From sequence record MG592671.1: a DNA stretch of 64,000 nucleotides, one strand, 5' to 3'. Shown here in pieces: positions 47,573 through 56,694 of this stretch (positions are counted from its first letter, which is position 1; each line of letters opens with the position of its first letter). A program made the translations under genes and the position numbers. The notes under the pieces are model-generated. The model did no database searches, was not told the origin of the DNA, and was given only the letters and a program-made list of their open reading frames with translations.

Positions 47573-47664
47573 GGAATACAATCGAAAAAGGGCTTGTAGT
47601 AGGCACTGAGACCCAGAAGCCCTGAAATACCCATTCAGATCGTCTGTAAGCAGTGCTGTATTCC
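47573..47664 (+). ncRNA. 92-nt pseudoknotted RNA element
   Basis: GGAATACA/TGTATTCC, AGGGCTT/AAGCCCT, GCACTG/CAGTGC. Confidence 0.55.
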
Positions 47665-47674
47665 TATTAACTAT

Positions 47675-47969
47675 GCCCCTGATGTTCAATACTTGAATAA
47701 GGGAATCCCTGTAAGGCTGGAGTCACCCGGAGAGACAGATTACGATACTATATCACTCACTAATACACTGGATCCAGATCGCGTGTTCGTGACTGTGACG
47801 GTAGTATAGTACGTGTCGTAAAGAGATGATTCCTGTGATACGGTATAAGCTGGTGTAGAACTCGCTCGTGAAGGTAGACTGAAAGCGGACCAAGTGTGAC
47901 TACTTGGCAAAATCCAGGAGTATGTTGAGACTATGAGTTGGGTGGTTCGATTCCACGCCAGGGGCAACA
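47675..47969 (+). ncRNA. ~295-nt RNA with tRNA-like termini
   Basis: GCCCCTG/CAGGGGC-A, T-arm GTGG-TTCGATT-CCAC, internal helices. Confidence 0.65.
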
Positions 47970-48032
47970 ATTCAGGATAACGCAAACGCATTATCCTCAT
48001 TAATATGTGTTAATATAATACAACAACATTAT

Positions 48033-48103
48033 CCCCGTTCCCTAACGTGACACTACAGAAATAATAGAGTTGCTGGACGTTCGAATCGTCAAGCGGGGTC
48101 TAA
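48033..48103 (+). pseudogene. Degenerate tRNA-like element
   Basis: CCCCGTT/AGCGGGG and GACG-TTCGAAT-CGTC only. Confidence 0.45.
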
Positions 48104-48131
48104 TCATCCTTAATATCAAAGGTACTTCATA

Positions 48132-48869
48132 ATGGATAATATCCTTCTGTTCGCTGGACACAACACGTCAAAACGTGGCGGCATGGCCGATTTCGTTGCT
48201 GCATTTAGTTCTGTTTATGCAGCACAAAAGTTTATTGAAAACGAGAACACCCAACACACCCTGCTTGACACACTCCCAAGTTTACAGTGGGCACATTTGT
48301 ATAACACAAATGAAGGTCGTATTGTGCAGAAAGGCAAGATCGAGATCTGGGGTCGTGAAGATATTGGAAATGAAGATGATGAAGAGACTAAGTTCACATG
48401 GTCACCGTGTGATGATGAAAAGGATCTTCAACCTCTAATGGTTCAAGCAGCTAACGACAATAGTGCTCGTGAAAAGGCCGAAGAAGAACGTATTGCTAAA
48501 GAAGAAGCAAAACTTGCTGCTGAACAGGCTATTGAAGATTCGGTTGCTAATACTATCATTCGCGTAGTTCCCTTTGATCTAGGCGTTATTGACTCTGTAG
48601 TTGATGAAATTGAAGTTCAATTAGAGTTTGCATTTAATCTTGAAGCAATGAAGCAAGAAGGTGAAATCACCAATCGACACGTAAAAGTATTGACTATTTC
48701 ATTTTCAGATGAAGATAAAGCTCTACTTGAGAGTATGGGTGGTCCTAGTGCGCCAGGTCATTGGGTAAGTAAAGCTCAGCAGCATTTTGATGACGAAATG
48801 ATCATGGCATTTTTTGAAAACGAAGTTCTAACCGAGGACGAAGTTAGCTCAGTAGCAGAGGTAGCTTAA
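48132..48869 (+). CDS. Acidic hypothetical protein
   Basis: 245-aa ORF. Confidence 0.8.
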   Translation: MDNILLFAGHNTSKRGGMADFVAAFSSVYAAQKFIENENTQHTLLDTLPSLQWAHLYNTNEGRIVQKGKIEIWGREDIGNEDDEETKFTWSPCDDEKDLQPLMVQAANDNSAREKAEEERIAKEEAKLAAEQAIEDSVANTIIRVVPFDLGVIDSVVDEIEVQLEFAFNLEAMKQEGEITNRHVKVLTISFSDEDKALLESMGGPSAPGHWVSKAQQHFDDEMIMAFFENEVLTEDEVSSVAEVA

Positions 48870-49237
48870 TGGCTGACTTTACTTATGAAGATGCTATAGC
48901 ATCACCTGAGGGCACTACCTTTTGGGTATGTGCTCACTCTCGTAGGGATGTCACTAAGAAAGCACAGCGTTATCAAGAACCACAGCAAGCAGTTGTGGTA
49001 AGTGACGGTGCAGTAATTCGTGGATCGAATTTTCTTGTCCTTCTTAATAACAAGGGCAATATGACCAAGAAGAAAGTCATTCGCACATCTACTTATATCT
49101 ATGATGATAAGGATGAGTGTGCAGCTAGATTCAATGCGTTAAGTATTGAGATTCGAGATCGCTATATGGATTACTCTCGATACGTGGCAGAACAAGCTAC
49201 AGCGCTGAGCAAGCTAATTGACAAATACAGCAAATAA
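48869..49237 (+). CDS. hypothetical protein
   Basis: TAATG coupling. Confidence 0.75.
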   Translation: MADFTYEDAIASPEGTTFWVCAHSRRDVTKKAQRYQEPQQAVVVSDGAVIRGSNFLVLLNNKGNMTKKKVIRTSTYIYDDKDECAARFNALSIEIRDRYMDYSRYVAEQATALSKLIDKYSK

Positions 49238-49460
49238 CGGGATATACTGAAAAGGGCATCTCCGAAGCTATCATCCTAGGAAATGTGGCGATCATTGTTG
49301 TCGGTTATTAGGTATATTCAAGTCTACTCCGAAAGCACGGGCTGACGCGGGAGCGTTGGGCGAAGTAGAGGTTCAATTCCTCTAGCACACTTGATAACAA
49401 ATCGGGAGAGTGTGTTCTGGGTGAAATATTAGGGTGCGAGTCCCTTAAGTAGACGCCCGT
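49237..49460 (+). ncRNA. 224-nt structured RNA with a permuted tRNA-like domain
   Basis: T-arm followed by GCACACT/AGTGTGT hairpin; closed by GTCTACT/AGTAGAC and ACGGG/CCCGT. Confidence 0.6.
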
Positions 49461-49485
49461 AATTAACTACATGGAAGGATCAAAT

Positions 49486-49929
49486 ATGGCAAAGGTAATT
49501 GTCTCTACAGAACGAGAAACTATTTCGGAATACTCTTCTTCAGAGAAATATGGCGATTGGAGCTCAGACCACACTTATCGAGTTACTGGAGTGCGCTTGT
49601 GCTCATCGATAGATGATGCATGGGAAGAAACTTTCGAACTAGGTGATGTTAAAGCTGGCGACGAAGTTCATGTCTTATCTATTGTATACGGAACTGGCGA
49701 CAGTTTTGGCAAATCATCTGGTAATGGCGAAGTGGTAATGGTTTACAAGAGCCGTGCCTTAGCTGAGCAGGCATACAGTATGTATGATGAAAAGTCTGGC
49801 GATTACTCGATCAAACTCCCGTTTGAAACTCCTAAAGGCACTGAATTCCGCGCTATTAGCAACCCAGCAGCTGGATATTTTGAGTGCTTGGAAAGTCTAG
49901 ATCTAGAAACATTCATTGTCGGAAACTAA
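49486..49929 (+). CDS. hypothetical protein
   Basis: SD GGAAGGA. Confidence 0.75.
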   Translation: MAKVIVSTERETISEYSSSEKYGDWSSDHTYRVTGVRLCSSIDDAWEETFELGDVKAGDEVHVLSIVYGTGDSFGKSSGNGEVVMVYKSRALAEQAYSMYDEKSGDYSIKLPFETPKGTEFRAISNPAAGYFECLESLDLETFIVGN

Positions 49930-49938
49930 CAATTTACT

Positions 49939-50853
49939 CTAATGTTTTATCCCTAGTTTTTCAAGTAACACCTGTTTGACATTATCATCGTATCTAATAC
50001 GTAATATATTTCCGAGTTCTTCAGCTTTGGCAGTTTTCACTGTATCTCGATGTTGAGCTCTATTAAATCCATCTGTATCTTTATGAAAGATTGGGACAAA
50101 TTCATAGTGCTGTTTGCCATCATACTCAACAAATAGATTATAATCAGGCAGATAGAAATCATAGTAATACTTACAATCAACATCGTTAACTCTGTATTGC
50201 TGAATATAAGTAATATTATTATCATCTAAGATCTTTTTAGTTTCAAGCTCACCTTTAGAAGTTCTACAATTAGGACAGCCTGATTTCATACTTATATGGG
50301 CACTGCCTTGTTGATAAAAAATTCCATGTTTAGAGCAAATAATAGGATGTCTATCATCATATGCGCTATAATCAATCAGTGAATAATCATACAAATCACC
50401 ATGAACATCTTTAGCTTTTTGAATAAATTCTTCTTGTGTTAGAGTATTTGATTTATTTCTTGATAGTTGCCCACAGACTTGACAACTGTGTTTGCCGTTG
50501 ATGAGATTATCAGGAGTCATTTCGAATTCTCCATGTTCAGAGCAGATTATCACAACTTTTGTGTGGGCTCCTTTATATACAACCTTACTAAGATCATATT
50601 TTTCACCATGAATCTTTTTGAAGTTCTCTATAAATTGTTCTTGCGTGATACTATTATTAGGTATAAAACAATCAGGACAGGAACCAGTTCTAGCACCTAA
50701 ATGATTTCTAGCCATACAAGAAAATTCTCCATGATCTGGGCATATTATAGTTACGGCACTTTGTCTGTTTTTGAAATTTTCTATTAACGAGTAATCAAAT
50801 CTATCGCCAAATTTACTTTTGGCTTTATTGATGAACTTTTCTAAATTAGTCAT
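49939..50853 (-). mobile_element. Free-standing homing endonuclease (CPxHGEF repeats plus DUF559-like domain)
   Basis: Three ICxxHGxF...CxxC repeats; YDFYL, VEYDGKQHY; antisense insertion. Confidence 0.8.
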
Positions 50854-50899
50854 GGTATAATCCTTATGTTATATCATATTTATAAAAAGGAGTGAGCCC

Positions 50900-51736
50900 G
50901 TGGGCAGCTGGTATGAAACTGACTTTCTTACAAATCTACCTATTCAAGACGATGATGAAGTGATGGTGTTCTTCTTAGAGCAACAACATGGATTAGTTCC
51001 TACAAGTTCTATAACTTATTCACATGATATATATCGACCTATAGGTATTCCTATTCAAGGGTGGTATGACGATTACGGTCGTTATAAACTTAATGAGGGT
51101 GATATAGTATATGATCATATGCTAGAACATCTACGTTCAAAAGTTATGCCTATGGAAGAAGGTTCTAATAGATATCACGAAAAAGCAGTAATCCCAGAAA
51201 CTATGACATGGGAAAACGTTTTCGAGAATATCCATGAAGAACGGCTAAAGACTCACTCGCACTACAACGGTTCTAAGAATCACATTGTTGAAGTAGCAAT
51301 TCATAGAAGCATTTATGATATGATGTCAGAAGAATGCACTACTTGGAAAGGCACTCAAACTTGGAACGATGAATACCAAGATCTAAAGGCCAAAATAGCT
51401 AAAGCTCGTGAAGATATTGATAACGGAACTCCTGAGAGAATTGCTAGTGCTATTATGCGAATGGAAATAGGAGAAATCCTAGGCAGGTTCGCACCATTTG
51501 ATAGTGTTTCTTTCAAAGACATGTATTATGCAGCAGTTGATGATGGGCAAGAAGATCATTATCTAAGAGCACTTGCTAAAATGAAAGTATTCAATACAAA
51601 CTTATCCATGTTGCGTAAATCTTGGATGCCACAAGCTGGCACAGGATCACAGGATGCTGAATTTGAATTACACATAAAACTAAATGGTGTAGTAACAATG
51701 TTTGCTCATAATAAGAAGAGGAGTTACGATGAATAA
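50900..51736 (+). CDS. hypothetical protein
   Basis: GTG start; SD AAGGAG. Confidence 0.75.
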   Translation: MGSWYETDFLTNLPIQDDDEVMVFFLEQQHGLVPTSSITYSHDIYRPIGIPIQGWYDDYGRYKLNEGDIVYDHMLEHLRSKVMPMEEGSNRYHEKAVIPETMTWENVFENIHEERLKTHSHYNGSKNHIVEVAIHRSIYDMMSEECTTWKGTQTWNDEYQDLKAKIAKAREDIDNGTPERIASAIMRMEIGEILGRFAPFDSVSFKDMYYAAVDDGQEDHYLRALAKMKVFNTNLSMLRKSWMPQAGTGSQDAEFELHIKLNGVVTMFAHNKKRSYDE

Positions 51737-51983
51737 TCCCGGCTATCATGTTACCCTTATAGATAAAGGTTCACTAGGTGAGCTTTCAAAGATCTTAGAG
51801 GAAATCAACGAAGCTATTGATGCGGAAAAACAGGGTTGTAAAATTATGACCCTTATTGAACTATCTGATATGATAGGAGCAACAAAGCGCTACCTTGAAA
51901 AACATCATCCTGATATAACACTTGACGATTTGCTAACAATGGCAGATATTACACGTCGCGCATTTGAGAACGGACACAGATAA
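51729..51983 (+). CDS. MazG-like all-alpha pyrophosphatase-like protein
   Basis: SKILEE..E..DA and IELSDMIGA acidic pattern. Confidence 0.5.
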   Translation: MNNPGYHVTLIDKGSLGELSKILEEINEAIDAEKQGCKIMTLIELSDMIGATKRYLEKHHPDITLDDLLTMADITRRAFENGHR

Positions 51984-52540
51984 TGAATATAGACACATCG
52001 CTTATTTTTCAGGCCATAAAACACTACGAAGAGTATGGCTATAATATGGTCACTGTTCCTATGTTAGTAGATGAAGAAGCATCTAGGCTAACAAAGCCTA
52101 AGGGATGCAAAGATCTATATCATAAAGATAAAGTCTACGTAGCATCTGCTGAACAGAGTTTTATCCAGTTGTATAACGAAGGTGAGCTAATGACAGGAAA
52201 ATATATGGCATTAACTCCTTGTTATAGAGATGAACCTGAATTAGATGATACACACTTCAATATCTTTTTGAAGCTAGAACTAATCAAAGTTTATCGAGAA
52301 GGCTATAAACCAGGTGCCTCTGTTGTGTTAGATGATGCATATGATTTCTTTAAGCCATTAGCAAAATACAACACAAAACTTGTTAGTTTTGGAAATAATA
52401 ATCACGATATAGAAATAAATGGACTGGAAGTAGGCTCGTATGGATATCGTCAGTTCTCTGATGGTACATGGTACGTTTACGGAACAGGAATAGCTGAGCC
52501 AAGACTTAGTTACGCATTAGGGAAATCCAATGACGAATGA
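51983..52540 (+). CDS. Stand-alone class II aminoacyl-tRNA synthetase-like catalytic core
   Basis: VASAEQ, motif 2 PCYRDE..H..F-KLE, IEINGLEVGS, motif 3 GTGIAEPRL; no anticodon-binding domain. Confidence 0.7.
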   Translation: MNIDTSLIFQAIKHYEEYGYNMVTVPMLVDEEASRLTKPKGCKDLYHKDKVYVASAEQSFIQLYNEGELMTGKYMALTPCYRDEPELDDTHFNIFLKLELIKVYREGYKPGASVVLDDAYDFFKPLAKYNTKLVSFGNNNHDIEINGLEVGSYGYRQFSDGTWYVYGTGIAEPRLSYALGKSNDE

Positions 52541-52763
52541 TGAATACTTTGAATACCTGCATGATCTACAAAAGCAGGGATATATGATATACGATAATTC
52601 TCGTATGGTTCAGGACTTTATCTCAATTGAAAAAATTGATGGAGTATGGAGGTATTTTTATCACGAAGACACTGAAGGTGAAATAGACTGTGATATGGAT
52701 GGATGCTTTACTGTATACAAGGATGTCACTGCTGAAGTAAAGCAATCAACTACAATGTTATAA
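52530..52763 (+). CDS. hypothetical protein
   Basis: ORF. Confidence 0.6.
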   Translation: MTNDEYFEYLHDLQKQGYMIYDNSRMVQDFISIEKIDGVWRYFYHEDTEGEIDCDMDGCFTVYKDVTAEVKQSTTML

Positions 52764-52797
52764 TATAGTAATAATAAAATATTAGTAGAGAAATATT

Positions 52798-53817
52798 ATG
52801 AAACATTATACTTATTGGATTATAGATACTGTAAATGCTATGTATTACCACGGTGTTCATAGCGATAATGATCCAGAAAATATCCATCACTACTCTGGGT
52901 CTTCTAAGTCACTGACATCAGCTATTCAACAATACGGAATATCAAATTTTATAAAGAGAGTTGAGCGTTATTTTGATACTAGGGAAGCAGCTAATAAGTG
53001 GGAAGCAACAGTACATAAGCGATTAGATGTAAAAAACCATAATAAATTTTATAACAATAATAATGCATCAGAAGATTTTACTGCCTACAATAAAGTTACA
53101 GTTAGAGATACAAGCGGTAATATATTTTCGGTAGATAAAAATGACAAAAGATATATTAGTGGTGAACTTGTTCATAATAATTTAGGTAAGCACATTGTAA
53201 TTGATTCAAATGGTGATGCGTTTAAAATATTAGCTAGTGATGAAAGATTTGTAAGTGGGGAGCTAAAAGACAGATTATCAGGAAAAGTTATCGTCAAAGA
53301 CGAAAACGATAATAATATTTTAGTAGAAACTACAGATACAAAATATTTAAGAGGTGAATACACCCACATTAATGCTGGTGTGGTAACAGTTAAGGATACA
53401 AACGGAAATACTATGCGGGTTTCAACAGACGATCCTAGATATATTTCAGGAGAGCTTGTTCATCTAACCACAGGGCGTGTGACTGTAAAAGATAAAGCAG
53501 GAAATCACATACAAGTAGACATTGATGATCCAAGAATTGATAATGGCGAGTTTACATATCTACAAGTTGGTAAAGTTCCAGTCAAAGATGAGAATGGTAC
53601 TATATTCCAAGTTGATGCCACTGACCCTAGATATATTTCAGGGGAATTAACACATCATCTTAAGGGGATTTCCAATAGTCACAAAGATAGAATTTGGATA
53701 ACTAATCCTATATTAAAGAAGAACAAGCGCGTTCTTAAAGATGATTTGGATTCTTGGTTACTGAAATCTGATTGGACTAAAGGTCGTAAAACTTACGCAA
53801 AAATAAAGGAATTATAA
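52798..53817 (+). mobile_element. GIY-YIG (Seg-like) homing endonuclease with six ~32-aa repeats
   Basis: HYTYWI...YYHGVH...YSGS; repeats VKD--G----V---DPRY-SGEL; own promoter at 52756. Confidence 0.8.
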
Positions 53818-55067
53818 TGTCTAAAGAAATAAAGAATGTAATAGTACAGCATTATGCTGGTAGCATATCTTATGGCACATCACTTCCTACGAGTGATACT
53901 GATATCCGCGGTATCTTCTGTGCTGGTGAAGAAAATATACGTACGCCGTTCTTTCCTATCCGTGAACAAACACTAGAAGATGAAGAAGATGGTAAGCTAT
54001 ATGAGCTTAGTAATTTCCTTAAGTTATACACTGATGGTAACCCGAATATCCTAGAATCTCTATGGGTAGATGATAGACACATCATTGAAGGTTCAGAAGC
54101 ATACGATATTCTTACTGAACACAGGCAAACTCTGCTGTCTAAAAAGGTTGCATTCACTTATAGCGGCTACGCTATTTCGCAACTACATCGTATCAAAGGC
54201 CACAACAAGTACATCAATAACCCAGCTAAAGAGACGCCACCACGTCAAATTGACTTTGTGAAGCTAGTTCATAACTTTACAGACAAAAAGATCTTTAAGA
54301 TCAATATGGAAGATATCCAAAACGGATACAGGTTAATACCATACGGTGGTGATTTATTTGGTGTTTATGAATCCCCGGGTTCCCAAACATTCGATCACTT
54401 GTTCACATTGAACACTAATTGTGATGCAGATCTAAGTGGCTTCTACACAAAGACTCGAACATTCACAGATAAGATAGCTGGATTCATTACAGGTAATCCT
54501 GATTTTGGAACACGCAAACTCCCACTGTTCATTGTATCGTTTAACCGTGAAGGTTACAAGAAATCAAAAGAGCATTGGAAATCTTACTGGAGCTGGAAGC
54601 GTAATCGTAACGAAGCACGACGTTTGCTTGAAGAAGAAAACGGATACGATACAAAACACGCTCAACATTTGGTAAGACTGCTGAATATGGCTGAAGAAAT
54701 CCTAACTGATGGTATAGTAAAAGTGTTCCGCCCTGATCGAGAATTATTATTAGATATTCGACATGGTAAGTTCTCTTTTGATGAGCTTATGGAAATGGTT
54801 GAAGGTAAGGATGAATACATCCGTGGAGAGTTGTACAAGAAATCTCCGCTACCAAAAGCACCTGATATCAAACTAGCTTCTAAAGTTCTCATAGATGCTC
54901 AAGATTGTTTCTGGAAAGAGCCAACAAAAGAAAAGCGTATTCAGAAAGCCAAAGATCGCATGTTTGATCGTCATCAAAAAGAAGAAGATCGCCGTGAAGC
55001 ACGTTTCTGTGAAAACATGGAACGACTACAAGAAAATCTGAAAGGTGATGATAATGAATCAGAATAG
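53817..55067 (+). CDS. RlaP-like (Nuc-transf) Pol-beta nucleotidyltransferase
   Basis: AGSISYGTSLPTSDTDIRGIF, GNPNILE, YDTKHAQHLVRL. Confidence 0.85.
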   Translation: MSKEIKNVIVQHYAGSISYGTSLPTSDTDIRGIFCAGEENIRTPFFPIREQTLEDEEDGKLYELSNFLKLYTDGNPNILESLWVDDRHIIEGSEAYDILTEHRQTLLSKKVAFTYSGYAISQLHRIKGHNKYINNPAKETPPRQIDFVKLVHNFTDKKIFKINMEDIQNGYRLIPYGGDLFGVYESPGSQTFDHLFTLNTNCDADLSGFYTKTRTFTDKIAGFITGNPDFGTRKLPLFIVSFNREGYKKSKEHWKSYWSWKRNRNEARRLLEEENGYDTKHAQHLVRLLNMAEEILTDGIVKVFRPDRELLLDIRHGKFSFDELMEMVEGKDEYIRGELYKKSPLPKAPDIKLASKVLIDAQDCFWKEPTKEKRIQKAKDRMFDRHQKEEDRREARFCENMERLQENLKGDDNESE

Positions 55068-55431
55068 TAGAGATTCACTTAGGAGTACTCTTAATGAGTA
55101 CTTCAGACTCTGTAATTCCTGTGAACAAGCAGGTATTGACATTGATGATGTCCATAATGACATTACAAAAACAGTCACTCAAGAAGGTGGTCCACAGAAG
55201 CTAGAAGATTTTCTAGTGAATACTGTTTGCTGTCCTAGCTGTGAAGGCGAGGCTGGCGAGAGTGTTGCTGATGGACACGACTGTTGGGGAAAAACAGAGT
55301 TCAGTTTTATCCCTTGTTTCAAATGTGACGGTAAAGGCTTTTTACCAGCTGATTATAAAGAACAAGAGAAGAACGAACGACGTAAAATGTACATACAGCT
55401 TCGTGAAGAATTTGGACACGAAGATATTTAA
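55054..55431 (+). CDS. Protein with a DnaJ-type CxxCxG zinc finger
   Basis: CPSCEG, CFKCDGKG. Confidence 0.7.
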   Translation: MNQNSRDSLRSTLNEYFRLCNSCEQAGIDIDDVHNDITKTVTQEGGPQKLEDFLVNTVCCPSCEGEAGESVADGHDCWGKTEFSFIPCFKCDGKGFLPADYKEQEKNERRKMYIQLREEFGHEDI

Positions 55432-55464
55432 TGTAATAAAGTCATAAAAATATGTTATAACATA
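55432..55464 (+). promoter_or_regulatory. Phage promoter variant, palindromic
   Basis: TGTAATA-N14-TGTTATAAC; TATGTTATAACATA palindrome. Confidence 0.6.
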
Positions 55465-55519
55465 TAGTAAGCAGACAGGCTGCTAACTAAAACTTATAAC
55501 ATATTCAAAAGAGGCTACT

Positions 55520-56077
55520 ATGTCAAAAGCTAAAAAGGCTGCAGAGGCTACTAGTAAAGCAACAAAAGGCGCTGTGAAAGGTGTCGGTAAAGGTTTATTA
55601 GGTGGACTCCAGTCAATCTGGAAATTCGGCGGTAAGTGGTTGTTACTAGCGAACGCATTCTCGTTCTTATGCGTTGCGGGAATTTATAACTGGATTGCAC
55701 CAGAGTATACAGTTGTTGGATACTTCCAAAATGCAATACAAAGTGGCGATCCACTATCGAATATGGTAGGTATGTCAATTGTAACGTTGCTCTTATTTGG
55801 CGCAATTGGCTATATGGCTAATAACACTAAGCGATCTTTAGGTTGGATCGGGTTAATCTTTATGTCAACACTCATCGGTCTTGTTGGTTTTTGGATGTTC
55901 ACACTTGGCACTTTTGATGGCGCGAGTACTGCATTCCTAGCAACTATTGCACAGATAGGTGTTTCTTTTGTGTTAGCTTTCGGCCTAGTGTACGCTAAAA
56001 TCGATAAGATTATAACCGGTCGTGTCAATACTGACTCCTACGATGTGGGCGGTGATGACGATGACGATGATCGATAA
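55520..56077 (+). CDS. Four-TM membrane protein
   Basis: Hydrophobic helices; acidic tail. Confidence 0.75.
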   Translation: MSKAKKAAEATSKATKGAVKGVGKGLLGGLQSIWKFGGKWLLLANAFSFLCVAGIYNWIAPEYTVVGYFQNAIQSGDPLSNMVGMSIVTLLLFGAIGYMANNTKRSLGWIGLIFMSTLIGLVGFWMFTLGTFDGASTAFLATIAQIGVSFVLAFGLVYAKIDKIITGRVNTDSYDVGGDDDDDDR

Positions 56078-56088
56078 TTGATCACTAA

Positions 56089-56111
56089 AGGGGAGGACTT
56101 GTCCTCCCCCT
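56089..56111 (+). terminator. GC-rich hairpin
   Basis: GGGGAGGAC/GTCCTCCCC. Confidence 0.6.
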
Positions 56112-56137
56112 ATTAACTTAATGTACGAGATTTAAAA

Positions 56138-56563
56138 ATGTCAAAATTAATTACTAACCTAAATAGTGATAACTTCGATTTTGAGGATATCCTGTACTTA
56201 AAAACCCGTTTAAAATTCAAGTTCAAAAATGAACCTGAAGTAAATGTAGACCTTAGTTTCTACCCTCATGATCGAGATTATGGATTCACAAAACGTTTCA
56301 AAAATTCATCCAAATGGGAAGAATATATGAGTATTCTTCGTAAAGCTAAAAACATTCTCAAAGAAGGACTAGTTGAAAATCTAGAACTTGAAACATACTC
56401 AACTGGTTATTACGCTGTTGATTCTGAGCATCGAACAATCTCACGTAAAGGAATGAGCGCAGTGATTAATAGCGAATGGAACGAACGTTATCGTATTGAT
56501 ACGCCAATTGAATCTGCGGAAGAAGTAATTTTGTGGACTAAAATGGTTCTTTTAGGCAAATAA
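56138..56563 (+). CDS. hypothetical protein
   Basis: ORF. Confidence 0.7.
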   Translation: MSKLITNLNSDNFDFEDILYLKTRLKFKFKNEPEVNVDLSFYPHDRDYGFTKRFKNSSKWEEYMSILRKAKNILKEGLVENLELETYSTGYYAVDSEHRTISRKGMSAVINSEWNERYRIDTPIESAEEVILWTKMVLLGK

Positions 56564-56571
56564 AGATTTAA

Positions 56572-56665
56572 ACACATGACAACAGAGTTATTTGGTTCAA
56601 ATCCAGGCTTGGCGGGTAAGACTGCATTGAAGCTTATTATTGGTATAAAGCACTACGTTATGTGT
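56572..56665 (+). ncRNA. 94-nt circularly permuted tRNA mimic (YrlA-like topology)
   Basis: Terminal stem ACACATGAC/GTTATGTGT; the T-arm precedes the D-arm. Confidence 0.55.
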
Positions 56666-56694
56666 CATTAACTTATAATATAACGAGCGTTTAA

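Noticed and set aside
47573-47664. Hammerhead or HDV ribozyme call
   Set aside because: The CUGANGA/GAAA core and the HDV strand order are not satisfied
47350-47969. Calling these elements tmRNA
   Set aside because: No G3.U70 pair and no recognisable ANDENY-type tag frame; kept as unclassified RNAs
47507-48000. Minus-strand ORFs 47507-47689 and 47740-48000
   Set aside because: Antisense to structured RNAs; no SD or protein-like features
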